Positions 26,626 through 38,484 of a stretch of DNA of 64,000 bases are shown here, in pieces; the first letter of the stretch is position 1; each line of letters begins with the position of its first letter. A model generated the notes under the pieces. That model was given only the letters and a program-made list of their open reading frames with translations, did not search any database and was not told the origin of the DNA. The stretch is from positions 93,312,001-93,376,000 of the forward strand of contig NC_087437.1 of assembly GCF_036321535.1 (NCBI RefSeq), given 5' to 3'. The position numbers and the translations under genes were made by a program. The DNA comes from Camelus dromedarius. Its lineage: Eukaryota.

Positions 26626-29600
26626 AAATCTGGTATAAGTTTAAATGCAACTAGGATAAAAATGATCAAAGAGCAAAGCTTGATAGCCTATCATTTTATG
26701 GCAATAACAAAATATACAACTTTTTATTTCGCTTCTGAAACACACACAAACAAAAGCACACCATTTAAAGCATTTGTACCTAATGTAATTATTTTGTAAC
26801 AAATTTCGATATCTATTCCTGGTTGGCATTATTTAATTGCCTTAGTAAGATCATAAAAAGCTCATACTTCTTCTATTTTATACAAATGATTTTTAAATAG
26901 CTTTTATCAGTCTCAGTTTATCAGTGGATATTAGGAATGAGCAGAAGGAATATTTAAATTTTATTTGAAATTTTTGCTATAACAGAGTATTAATTTTCAG
27001 AGTAAAAGTATTAAAGCTGTGATTTTTCTTCCAGTTTTATTGAGATATAATTGACCTATAGCCACAGTATAAGCTTAAGGTGTGCAGAACAATGATTCGA
27101 GTTACATACACCATGAAATGATTATCACAAATGTTTAGTGAACATTCAACATCTTATATAGATACAAAATTAAACAAATAGAAGAAATTTTTTTTTGTGA
27201 TGAGAACTTTTAGGATCTACTCTCTTAACAACTTTCATGTATAATATAAGGTAATGTTAATTATATTTATTATGTTGTACATTACATCCTTAGTACTCAT
27301 TTATTTTACAACTTGAAGTTTGTAGTACCTTGTATCTGCCTTCATCCAGTTTCTCCTCCCCTCCCCCCGCCTCTGGTAACCAAATATCTGATTTTTTTTT
27401 TCTAGGAGTTTGTCTATATTTTTGTATGTTTATTTTTGAAGTATAATTGACCTACAGTACTATGTTAGTTCCTGTTTCACAGCATAATGATTTTTTTCTA
27501 TACATTTCAAAATGATCACCAAGGTAAGTCTAGTTGCAATCTGTCACCATAGAAAAATATTACTTATTAGTTGGTTATACTCCCCACAGTTATATTTCAT
27601 AGCCATAACTCATTTATTTTGCAACTAGAAGTTTATACATTTTAATTTCCATCACCTATTTCTTTCCTCCTCCACCTCCCACTCCTCTGGAATCTAATGG
27701 TTTGCTCTCTGTATCAATGATTGTTTGTGCTTTATGTTTGTTCATTTGTTTTGTCTTTTAGATTCCACATATAAGTGAAATAATACAGTATTTGTCTTTC
27801 TCTATCTGATTCATTCTCTTAACATAATACCCCCAGGCCGATCTATCTAGGTAAAAATTGCAAATTTCATTCTTTTTTATGGCTGAGTAATAGTCTAATG
27901 CATATATACCACATCTTTTTTATCCATTCAGCTATTGATGGACACTTAAGTTGTTTCCATATCTTGGATATTGTAAATAATGTTGCAGTGAACATAGGTG
28001 CGTATGTATCTTTTCTGATTAGTGTTTCCAGCTTCTTCAGATAAATACCCAGAAATGAAATTGGTAGATGTTATGATAGTTTTATTTCAAACTATTTCAT
28101 TTTTTATGGAATCTCCATACTATTTTCCATAGTGGCTCCACAAATTTACATTTCCACCAACAGTGCATGAGGGTTCCCTTTTCTCTATATTCTCACCAAG
28201 ACTTGTTATTTGTTATCTTTTTGATAATAGCTATTATGACATTATGACAGGTCATATTATGACAGATGTGAGATGATTTGCATTTCCCTGATATTTAATA
28301 ATGTTGAACATCTTTTCATGTGCCTGTTGGACATCTGTATGTCATCTTTAAAAAATTGCCTATTTAAGTCCTCTGCCCATTTTTTACATTTAGTAGGCAG
28401 CCTTTTTGTTTTGTTGATAGTTTTCTTTGCTGTACAAAAGCTTTTTCTTTTTATGTAACCCATTTGTTTATTTTTATTTTTGTTTCCTTTGTCTGAGGAG
28501 ATATATATTTAAAAGAATTATATAAAGACCATATCAGAGAGAGAGAGTACTACTTATGTTTTCTTCTAGAATGTTTATGGTCAGGTCAAAGTCTTTAGTC
28601 CATTTTGAATTTGCATTTGTGCATGGTGTGAGAAAGTATTATAGTTTGACTTTCTTTCATGTAGTTCTCCAGTTTTCCCAACACCATTTATTGAAGAGTC
28701 TGTCTATTTCTCAGTGTATATTCTTGCCTTCTTTGTCATGGATTAATTGCCCATATAATTGTGGGTTTATTTCCATGCTCTCTATTCTGTTCCATTGATT
28801 GATGTGTCTGTGTTTGTATCAGTACATTACTATTTTGATTACTGTAGCTTTGTAGCATAGTTTGAAGTCAGGGAGGATGATTCCTCCAGGTTTGTTCTTC
28901 TTTCTCAAAATTGTTTTGGCTATTTGAGGTCTTTTGTGTTTCCCATACAAATTTTAGAACTATTTGTTCAAGTTATGTGAAAAATACAATTGGCATTTTG
29001 ATAAGAATTATATTAAATGTGTACATTGCCTTGGGTAATATGGTCATTTTAACAAAATTAATTCTTTCAGTCACTGAACATGGTACACCTTTCTGATTAC
29101 ATCATCTTCAATGTCTTCAGTTTCTTTCATTGGTATCTTATATTTTTCCAGGTACATATCTTTTACCTTTTTAGTTAGATTTTATTCTTTTTGATGTAAT
29201 TGTAAATGGAATAGCTTTTTAATTTCTTTTTCTGATAGTTTTTTTTATAAGTGTATAGAAAAGCAACAGATTTCTGTATACTAATTTTGTATCCTGCAAA
29301 TTTACCAAATTCATTGATGAGCTCTAGTAGTTTTTTAGTGGTGTCTTGAGGATGTTCTATGTATAGTATCATATAATCTGCAGTAGTTACAGTTTTACTA
29401 CTTTCTTTCCAATTATGATTCCTTTTATATCTTTTTATTCTCTTGTTGCCATTAATAGGACTTTCAATACCAAGCTGAATAAAAGTGGTGAGAGTGAGTA
29501 TCTTTGTATTGTTCCTGTTTTTAAAGGAAATGCTTTTAGTTTTTCACCATTGAGTATAATGTTAGCTGTGAATGTAACATATATGTCCTTTATAATGTTG

Positions 29601-30458
29601 TAATATGTTTCCTCTATATTCACTTTGTGGACAGTTTTTATGGATGTTGTAAATGGATGTTGACTTTTGTTAAAAGCTTTTTGCATCTGTTGAGATGGTC
29701 AAGTGATTCTTATTCTCCAATCTGTTAATGTGTCATATTGATTTACAGATATTGAACTATATTTGTATCCCCAGGATAAATCCCACTCGATTATATTTTA
29801 TGATTTTTTTAAGGTATTATTGTATTCAGTTTGCTAATATTTTCTTGAGGCTTTTTGCGTTTATTTCATCAGTGGCATTGCCCTTTTTTTGTGTGTGTGA
29901 TATCTTTTTATGGTTTTTATATCAGGGTTATGTTGGCTTCATAGGATGAGTTTGGATGTCTTCTTTCCTCTGCATTGTTTTGGAAGAGTTTGAGACGGAA
30001 ATATGTTAACTCTTCTCTAAATGTTTGGTAGAATTTGCCTGTTAAGCCATCTCATCCTGGACTTTTGTTTTTGGGGGAGATGCTTTTATTACTGATTCAA
30101 ATTAGTTGCTGGTAATTCATCTGTTTATATTTTCTTTCTTTGTGGTTCAGTCTTGGTAATTGTACACTACTAAGAATTTGTCCATTCCTTCTACGTTTTC
30201 CATTTTCTTGGCATATAATCGTTCATAGTAAATCTCTTATGGTTCTTTGTATTTCCATGTTGTCAGTTGTAACTTTTTTTCATTTCCAGTTTTATTGTTT
30301 GGGTCTTCTTTTTTTTCTTGATCAGTCTGGCTAAAGGTTTATCAATTTTGTTTGTTTTTTCAATGAACCAGCTCTTAGTTTTAGTAATCTTTCCTATTGT
30401 TTTTTAGTCTCAATTTATTATTTCTACTCTGATCTTTATGATTTCTTTTACCTATGTT

Positions 30459-30460
<2 letters not shown>

Positions 30461-30489
<29 letters not shown>

Positions 30490-30550
30490 CTTTTCCTACT
30501 TCCTTTAAATGGTGGTTAGGCTTTGTTTTTTTTTTTTTTTTTTTTTTTTT
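30461..30550. repeat. Two long poly(T) tracts inside L1 ORF2
   Basis: Poly(T) runs at 30461-30489 and 30526-30551. Confidence 0.9.
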
Positions 30551-30774
30551 TCCTGAGTTATTTGTTTCCTGAGCTAGGCTTGTACTGCTATAAACTTCCT
30601 TCTTTTAGAACTGCTTTTGTTGCATTCCCATAGATTTTGGATCATTGTGTTTTCATTTTCATTTGTCTCCAGGTATTTTTTTTATTTCTTCTTTGATGTA
30701 TTCAGTGATCCATTGGGTGTTTGGTTGCATATCATTTGGGCTCCATGTGCTGTGTTTTTGGTAGTATTCTTTTT

Positions 30775-31045
30775 TAAACAATTTTTTTTAGTTAGTTATA
30801 GTCATTTTACAATGTTGTGTCAAATTCCAGTGTAGCACACAATTTTTCAGTTATATATGAACATACATACATTCATTGTCACATTCTTTCGCTGTGAGCC
30901 ACCACAAGATCCTGTATATATTTCCCTGTGCTACACAGTACAATCTTGTTTATCTATTCTACATTTTGCAATTCCAGTTCCTTCCCACCCCCCCGCCCCC
31001 CTGGCAACCACAAGTTTGTATTCTATGTCTATGAGTCTCTTTTTG
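30775..31045 (-). mobile_element. Young 5'-truncated L1 3' end nested in host L1 ORF2
   Basis: Closely similar to 32610-32885 and to the reverse complement of 46099-46400 (ACAATGTTGTGTCAAATTCCAGTGTAG...CCACAAGATC). Confidence 0.85.
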
Positions 31046-32007
31046 TTTTAATAGGTGTTTTCTAGTCTCCTAATATTGTGGTCAGAAATGATGTCTGATA
31101 GGATTTCTATCTCCTTTAATTTCAAACATGTTTTAACAACACTGCATTTTTGCATTTTTACCCTCCCCTTATATTTACTGTTTCTTTTTTAATTATATTT
31201 TTCATCATTTAATTTTGTGTATCCCTTAAATACTTATTGTGGTTATAGGTCATTTTATTACTTTTTTCTTTCAGTCTTACTACTAGCTTTATACATGGTT
31301 GATTTACTACCTTTACTATATACTTGCCTTTACCAATTAGATTTTTCTTTTTAGAATTTTCATGTTCCTTCTTGTCATGGCATTTTCTTTTTTGCTTTGA
31401 GAAATTCCTATAATACTTCTTATAAAGCTGACTGAGTATACTAATCTCTTTTATCTTTTGCTTGTAAAACTTTTGATCTCTCCATCAAATCTGAATGAAA
31501 GTCTTACTAGGTAGAGTATTGTTGGTTATATGTTTTCCCCTTTCATCACTTTAAATATATTATGCCACTCCTTTCTGACCTGTAGAGTTTCTTCTGAAAA
31601 GTCAGCTGAAAGACTTGTGGGATTTCTCTTATATGTTATTTGTTTCTTTTTCTTTGCTGCTTTTAATATTCTGTCCCTATCTTTAATTTTAGTTATTTTA
31701 ATTATAGTCTATCTTAGTGTGGTCCTCTTTGGGCTGATCCTGTTTGGGACTTTTTGTGCTTCCTAAACCTGAATGTCTGTTTCCTTTCCTAGAATAATGG
31801 AGTTTTCAGCTATCATGTCTTCAAATATTTCTTTGTCCCTTTCTCTCTCTCTTTTTCTTCTGTGATCCTTATGGTGTGAATGCTAGTACACTTGATGTTG
31901 CCCCAAAGATCTCTTTAACTGTCCTCATTTCTTTTTACTCTTTATTCTTTTTTCTATTCAGTGTCAGTGATTTCCACTGCTGTCTTCCAGCTTGCTGATA
32001 TGTTCTT

Positions 32008-32281
32008 TTTAAAAATTTTTTAAATTTTAATGAATATTTTATTTTAAAATTTTAAAATTTTTAAAATTAAGGTAAAGTTGATTTACAATATTGTGTTAGT
32101 TTCTGGTGTATAGCATATGGTTCAGTTATACATTTTTTCATATTCTTTTTTATTATAAGTTATTATAAAATATTGAATATAGTTCCCTGTGCTATACAGT
32201 AGGACCTTGTTGTTTATCTATTTTATATATAGTTGTTTGTGTATGCTAATTCCAAAGTTCTAATTTATCCTTCCCCAACTT
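32008..32281 (-). mobile_element. 5'-truncated L1 3' end nested in host L1 ORF1
   Basis: Same 3'UTR type as 6435-6690 and 44025-44240. TSD TTGCTGAT(A/C)T(G/A)TTCTT at 31992-32007 and 32282-32297. Confidence 0.88.
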
Positions 32282-33304
32282 TTGCTGATCTATTCTTATG
32301 TATCATCTAATCTAATGTTGATTCCTTCTAGTGTATTTTTTTAAAATTTCAATTATTATGTTCTTCAACTTTGCTTAGTTCTCTATATTTATTCTAACTC
32401 TTTGTTAAACTCTCATTGTGCTTATTATTCATTCTTCTGGGTTTATTGAGCATCTTTACAAACATTACCTTGAATTCTTTATCACATGGGTTGCTTACCT
32501 CAACTTCAATTAGTTCTGGGGTTTTACCTTGTTCCTTCTTTTGTAATATAGTCTTCTGTTGCATCATTTTGCCTGATTTGTGGTTTTTATTCCTTTTTTT
32601 CTTTTTTACATTTTTTTTATTGAGTGATAGTCAGTTTACAATGTTGTGTCAAATTCTAGTGTAGAGCACAATTTTTCTGTTATACATGGACATATACATA
32701 TTCATTGTCTCATTTTTTTTTTCACTATGAGCTACCACAAGATCTTGTATATATTTCCCTGTGCTATACAGTATAATCTTGTTTATCTATTCTGCATTTT
32801 AAAATCCAAGTCTGTCCCTTCCCACCTCCTGTCCCCTTGGCAACCACAAATTTGTATTCTATGTCTATGAGTCTGTTTCTGTTTTGTATTTATGGGTTTT
32901 ATGTTTTGTTTTGTTTTTAGACTCCTCATATAAGCGATCTCATATGGTATTTTTCTTTCTCTTTCTGGCTTACTTCATTCTCCAGGAACATCCATATTGC
33001 TGCAAATGGTGTTACATTGTCATTTTATGGCTGAATAATATTCCATTTTGTAAATGTACGACATTTTCTTTATCCAGTTATCTGTTGATGGACATTTAGG
33101 CTGTTCCCATGTCTTGGCTATTGTAAATAGTGCTGCTATGGACATTGGGGTGCAGGTGTCATTTTGAAGTAGGGTTCCTTCTGGATATATGCCCAGGAGC
33201 TGGATGACTGTGTCATATGGTAAGTCTATTCCTAGTCTTTTGAGGAATCTCCATACTGTTTTCCACAGTGGCTTTCCTTGCTTCCCTCTCTCACTCTTAA
33301 TGAT

Positions 33305-34306
33305 TTAGATATCTTCTTTTACAATTTTGTGTTTATTCTTTTTGTAATTCATGGCAGTTATCTCCTTTCCAGTTATGAGTTTCTCATTTTTGTAGCATCC
33401 TGCTTCTTTTCTATTTAGACCTGTCAATATTTCTTTTAGCATGGGTTTAGTGTTGCTAAACTCTTTTATTTTTTGCTTGTCTGTGAAGTTCTTTATCTCT
33501 CCTTCAATTCTAAAGGATAGCCTTGCTGGATAGAGTATCCTAGGCTGCATCTTTTTTTCATTCAGGACTTTGAATATATCTCGCCCCTCCCTTCTGGCCT
33601 GTAGTGTTTGTGTAGAGAAATCAGCTGACAGCCTTATGGGGGTTCCCTTGTAACTCACTCTTTGTTTTTCCTCTTGCTGCCTTTAGGATCATTTCTTTAT
33701 CCTTGACTCTGGCCATCTTGATTATGATATGTCTTGGTGTGGGTCTGTTTGGGTTCTTCCGGTTTGGGACCCTCTGAGCCTCCTGTACTTGGATTTCTGA
33801 TTCCTTTAGGTTTGGGAAGTTTTTAGTCATGATTTCTTCAAATACCTTTTCAATCCCCTTTGTTCTTTCTTCCCCTTCTGGAACCCCTATTATGCGTAGA
33901 TTGGCATGCTTTATATTATCCTATAGGTCCCTTATATTGTTTTCATTGTTTTTTATTTGTTTTTCTCTCAGCTGTTCTGATTGGGTGCTTTCTGTTGTCC
34001 TGTCTTCTAGGTTACTTATTCGTTCTTTTGTATTATCTAGTCTGCTTTGCACAGCCTTTAGGTCAGCTCTCATCTCAGCAAATGAGTTTACTAATTCTAC
34101 TTGGTTCTTCTTTATAGCTTCTATTTCATTTTTGACATTTTATATCACTAAACACTATTTCTTTTAGTCCCTTCAGTACTTTGATCACTCCTTTTTTGAA
34201 ATCTTGGTCTAGTAGGCCATCAATGTCTATTTCCTTGATTGTGCTTTCAGGGGATTTCTCTTGATCTTTTAATTGGGAGTGTCCTCTGCTTCTTCATATT
34301 GCTCAT
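33305..34306 (-). pseudogene. L1 ORF1p (RNA-binding/chaperone protein), frameshifted with a premature stop
   Basis: Translated pieces MTKNFPNL...QEAQRVPNRKNPNRPTPRHIIIKM, YKGTPIRLSADFS and QPRILYPARLSFRIEGEIKNF are diagnostic ORF1p motifs. Likely ATG at 34306. Confidence 0.92.
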
Positions 34307-34329
34307 ATTTCTCCGGCACTATGGCTTAA

Positions 34330-35643
34330 GGAGTATCAGTTATCTACTTGTCCTGGAGATGCTGTGCTCTTAATGATTTTATTGAGAGGTCTTTGTGTCT
34401 TCGCCCTGTTTCACGAACTCAGCTTGCTGTTTCCAGAGGCCCTGTGTTGGCACCCTCGTCTGTGCTGCTCCCAGTGGCTGTTGGCTAGCAGATCGTGCCC
34501 CCTCCCAACACTGGGCCAGAAGCTGACCTCTTACCTGGTGGGCAGGCATGTCACTCCCAGTTCCGATGCCACAGTCAGATGCTGGGCTTGGGCGAGACAG
34601 GTGGGCGGATTGTGCCCTCTCCCAGCACCATGGTCAGGTGCTGCGTTCCTCCAGGAAGGCAGGTGGCTGCCCACCCTCTCCTGGCGCCGGTCGCTCAGCT
34701 GCTCTGTGCAGCTGCCCGCTCTGCCTCGGTTCTGCGCTCCTAAGGCAGGCTCGGGGAAGACTGCGGAATGGCCCCGGCCTGCTCCATGCCAAATCTCAGC
34801 TCCTTGTTTGTCTTGGTGGCAAGGTTCTCTGAGGTACCAGGGCAGAAAGATCCTATCTGCCTCGGGCTGTAAACAAGTCTCAGTCCTGCCTAGGAGGTCA
34901 TGGAGCCCCTGGTGCAGATTCAGGTCTTGGTCCCACCCCTGCCCAGGTGCTGTGCACAGGAGGAGATGGCGGCTGTGGCTGTGCTCCGCCTCTCTTCTCG
35001 CGAGAAGCTCCAGTAATGGCAGCACAGGTCTGAGGAGACAAAGGCTATGGCGCCCCTCCCTCCAGGGCACACCAGCCGTGTTGCTTTGCTTTTTTCACAA
35101 TTTATGGGGGACTGAGGTTGTCCTGCTCCATATCCCCTCCCAGCCATGGCGTGCAGCACCCTGTAGTCCCCCGGGCTGCCTCAGTGCAGCTGCCCCAGTC
35201 CTCTGCCCGGCTTGGGTGGCCTGTCCCGGCCCCAGTTGCTGGCTTGCGTCTTGGGCTGGGTGTCGCGGGGACCCTTTGTGCCTGTTTAACTCAGTTCTGT
35301 CAGTCAAGGGGTGCTCGGGGCAGACCTGAGCCTTGGAGGCTCCCTCTCCATCCCGCTGGCCTCTCGGTTGGAGAGGGGAGACCCAGTGAAAGAGCGCCTG
35401 TCCTCCTTTGCTGCTCCCTCCCTGTGGGATTGGTCCCGCACTGTTTTGCTTTTTTCTTCTTTCTTTTTTCCTTTTCTCCTACCAGATTTTTGGCGTCTTT
35501 GCCTTTCGAAGAGGGCGATGTTCTGTCAGAGTTCGGCAGGTGCTCTGGCTGGCTGAGTTGGTCCGTTGATGTGAGTTTTGGTTTATTTGTGGGAGAGGGT
35601 GAGCTACGAGTGTCCTTCTACTCCGCCATCTTGCTTCTCTCTC
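34330..35643 (-). promoter_or_regulatory. GC/CpG-rich L1 5'UTR internal promoter with YY1 site
   Basis: Most GC-rich, CpG-retaining stretch of the window. CAAGATGGC (plus-strand GCCATCTTG, 35625-35633) lies about 10 nt from the element start, as in other mammalian L1s. Confidence 0.8.
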
Positions 35644-38484
35644 TGCGGTTTTTATTTCTATGTATTTGGTAGGTTTGTTACGTTTTTCCTGATGATAGTG
35701 AAGTGTTCTTTTGTATGCAACATCCTGTGAGTCCCAGATGTGCACTCCCCTCTGGTTACCAGAGCTATTTTCTCTAGGATTGCCCCTTATTTGGTCTGTG
35801 TGTATTCTTCTGTTTTGGTGCCTGACTACTGTGGATAGTCTGATATGGCATGGCTCTCTCCCAGTCCAATTGATTGCTATGCCTTGTGTTGTACAGAAGC
35901 TTCTAAACACTGGTAGATGGTGCTTGGTCATGAGATTGCTGTCTTCAAGGCTCCAAGTGGCTGGGGCCAGGGCCTGTGTGGGTTTCAGGCTATTGCTTGC
36001 CTTCTGGTGGATGGGGCTACAGTCTGGGGGGTTTCTGAGGCTGGTACTGGCTTATAGGTAGATGAAGCCAGTTCTTGTCACAGCTGGCTGTGGTAGTCTA
36101 GCATATCCTGATGCCTGTGTTGTCCTGCTGGTGGGTGGATCCTGGTCCCGGGGTCTCTGGCTGTAGGGCCCTAGGGGTCCCAGAGTTGATATTTCAGCCT
36201 GCTGGTCAGCAGGGCTGAAGCCAGGTCTGGCTATGGGGCCTTATGGGTCCTGGAGTTATGACTGATGCACTGGCATGCAGGGCCATATCTTGGGCACTCT
36301 GGTGGGAAGGGCCAAGTCCCAACATAGCTGGGGTTTCAGGGTATCTTAGAGCAGCATATCTGCTGATTGGTGGGGCTGTATCTCTGCCCAACTTGTTGCT
36401 CGGCCTGAGGTGTGCCAACAGTGGTGCTGATAGGCTGGTGGTTGGGGCTGGGTCCTGACATTAATAAGCTAGAGGATTCTAAAATGGTGCTCTCCAGCAA
36501 CAGTGTCCACATGATAGAAGGAGCTTCAAATAATGGCTGCCACTAGTGTCTGTGTCCCTAGGGTGAACCCCAGCTGCCTACTTCCTCTCTGGGAGTATCT
36601 CCAAGATCATCATATGGATCTGACCCAAGCTCCTTTCAAATCACTGCCTCTGCCCTGGGTCTTGGGATGTGTGAGACTTTGTGTACACCCTTTAGGAGTG
36701 GAGTCTATTTCTCACAGCCCTCTGGCTCTCCTGAAAATAAGCTCCACTGTGTTCAAAGTCAAATGTCATCTTCGCAGTACAGAACCCCTGGGCTGGGGAG
36801 CCCGATGTGGGGCTTGAACCACTTGCTATTTGGAGAGAAGGTTTGCAATTATAAATTATCTTTCCATTTTTGGGTCACTCACTCGGGGGAATTGTTCTTG
36901 ACTATACCATGTCTCTGCCTCTCCTGCTTTTCTTGTTGTCATTTCTTCTTTGTATCTTTAGTTGTAGAAGATCTTTTCTGTTAGTCTTTCCATTTTCTCA
37001 TCAATAGTTTCTCTATAAATAGTTGTAATTTTGGTGTGTTCATGGGAGGAGGTGAGCTCAGGTTCTTCCTCTCTGCCATCTTGACCACAAAGCTATCATT
37101 TTCACTTTGGTTATTTATTTTTGGATGTTTATATTTTGACTGTTTTCTTTGAAATAAAATTTAAACATTTTCTGATTTTTAATGAGTTTTTAACTATGAC
37201 AGTGAACAATGAATTTAGATAAACAAGATGCTATGCTGGGGGAACATTATCTCTGAGATATTTCTATTTAAATGATGACTGCAGGAGATGGCTTGAGAAG
37301 TTGCCACTTATAGCAGAACATTGTATACATGGGATCCAATAAAATGTCAATTAGATTTTTCCACTCATGTTATGGAAATGTGACTATAATGATCCCTGTC
37401 CAGTTTCCATCAATGTGAAATGATATTCCATTCTTGAGGCAATGGAGAGAAGAAAGTTCAATGTGGCATGAAACCATAAAGATTCTGTCATGATAAAATC
37501 AAATCTAATATTTGCAAATTTTCTTAAGTTACTAAGTAATGTGATTGTTTCTTCTAATTTTGGACTGGAGAAAAGTCTCTTTCAAAAAATTTATTGTTGA
37601 ACAAGTTTTCCTAAGTACCTTGGTAATGTAATGCCTTGGTAAATGTACTAATAAAATATCTTTTTGTTCTAGTCTTAATTAGAGAACAGCTAAGTTCCAA
37701 TTATTTTAATCTTGATCTCTTGTGACAAATTATTGAAGACCTTTTGCGCTATCATAGTTAAGGGGAATTAAGTTTAATTCAGAAAACTTCAAGAAAGAGT
37801 TAATTTGAGAAGCTTTAAAATTGTAAATATGTTGTAATTTATTTCTCACATTTATTAAAAATACATCTCTGATTATTTCAACAAATCATTTATTTTTACC
37901 ATAGTACAAACAATGTTATTTACAAATTTGAAGTGAAAAACTCCATGTTAAATGTGCCTTAGGGAATTTTGAGTCAAATAATTGTCTGCCTCTTCATGAT
38001 GAAAAGTGTCTCACAGTTTTCTAACTGGTTTAAAAAAATAAAAGATTATTTTCCACAAGTGTGACAAAGCAACAAATGTAGATTAGTCATTTTATTGTTT
38101 GAACACCATGTTTCACTTAGCACATTGTTAGCATTTTCTCATAAAAGTAGAGATTCTTTAAAACACCATTTAAATCTCTACACCAAATTTTATCACTAGA
38201 ATTTAACAATTTCCTTCTTTCCTTATGCCATTTCCATTTTTTCCACATGGTAACATTATATTAAGTAACTTCCAATAGTTATCTGTAAGCAAATCCCTGA
38301 TTTTGTTTCCTAAAATATATTTCTAAGAAGTAGAATTACTCAGCCCAAAACAATGAATATTTAAAGCCATTTAACATGTGTTGCATTATAGTTTCTGATA
38401 TTTATAAAGCCCAAATTGTCAATGCAGTGTAATTAATAATAATAAATAATTAATAAGAATTAAAAATTAAAATTTCTTATCTCT

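Larger units (their letters stand above)
32595..35643 (-). mobile_element. Young LINE-1 derivative with intact 5' end: 5'UTR + ORF1 + ORF2 3' tip + 3'UTR, lacking almost all of ORF2
   Basis: TSD TG(T/C)GGTTTTTATT(C/T)CT at 32579-32594 and 35644-35659. 5' end GAGAGAGAAGCAAGATGGCGG. Inter-ORF spacer joins ORF2 3'-terminal sequence at ~33273. Confidence 0.93.
27027..37088 (-). mobile_element. Near-full-length older LINE-1 (5'UTR, ORF1, partially deleted ORF2, two-module 3'UTR) hosting three nested L1 insertions
   Basis: TSD AAAGCT(G/A)T(G/C)ATTTT at 27013-27026 and 37089-37102. YY1-type GCCATCTTG at 37075-37083. GC-rich 5'UTR ~35660-37085. ORF1 remnant ~31420-32567. ORF2 fragments ([38 protein letters not shown]). 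Confidence 0.92.

Noticed and set aside
32008..32070. (TTTTAAAA)n palindromic AT tract (similar at 6390-6430)
   Set aside because: Explained as a decayed L1 poly(A) tail.
35479..36984. Several 70-150 aa ORFs
   Set aside because: They lie in GC-rich L1 5'UTRs and one crosses an insertion junction. No protein similarity recognised.
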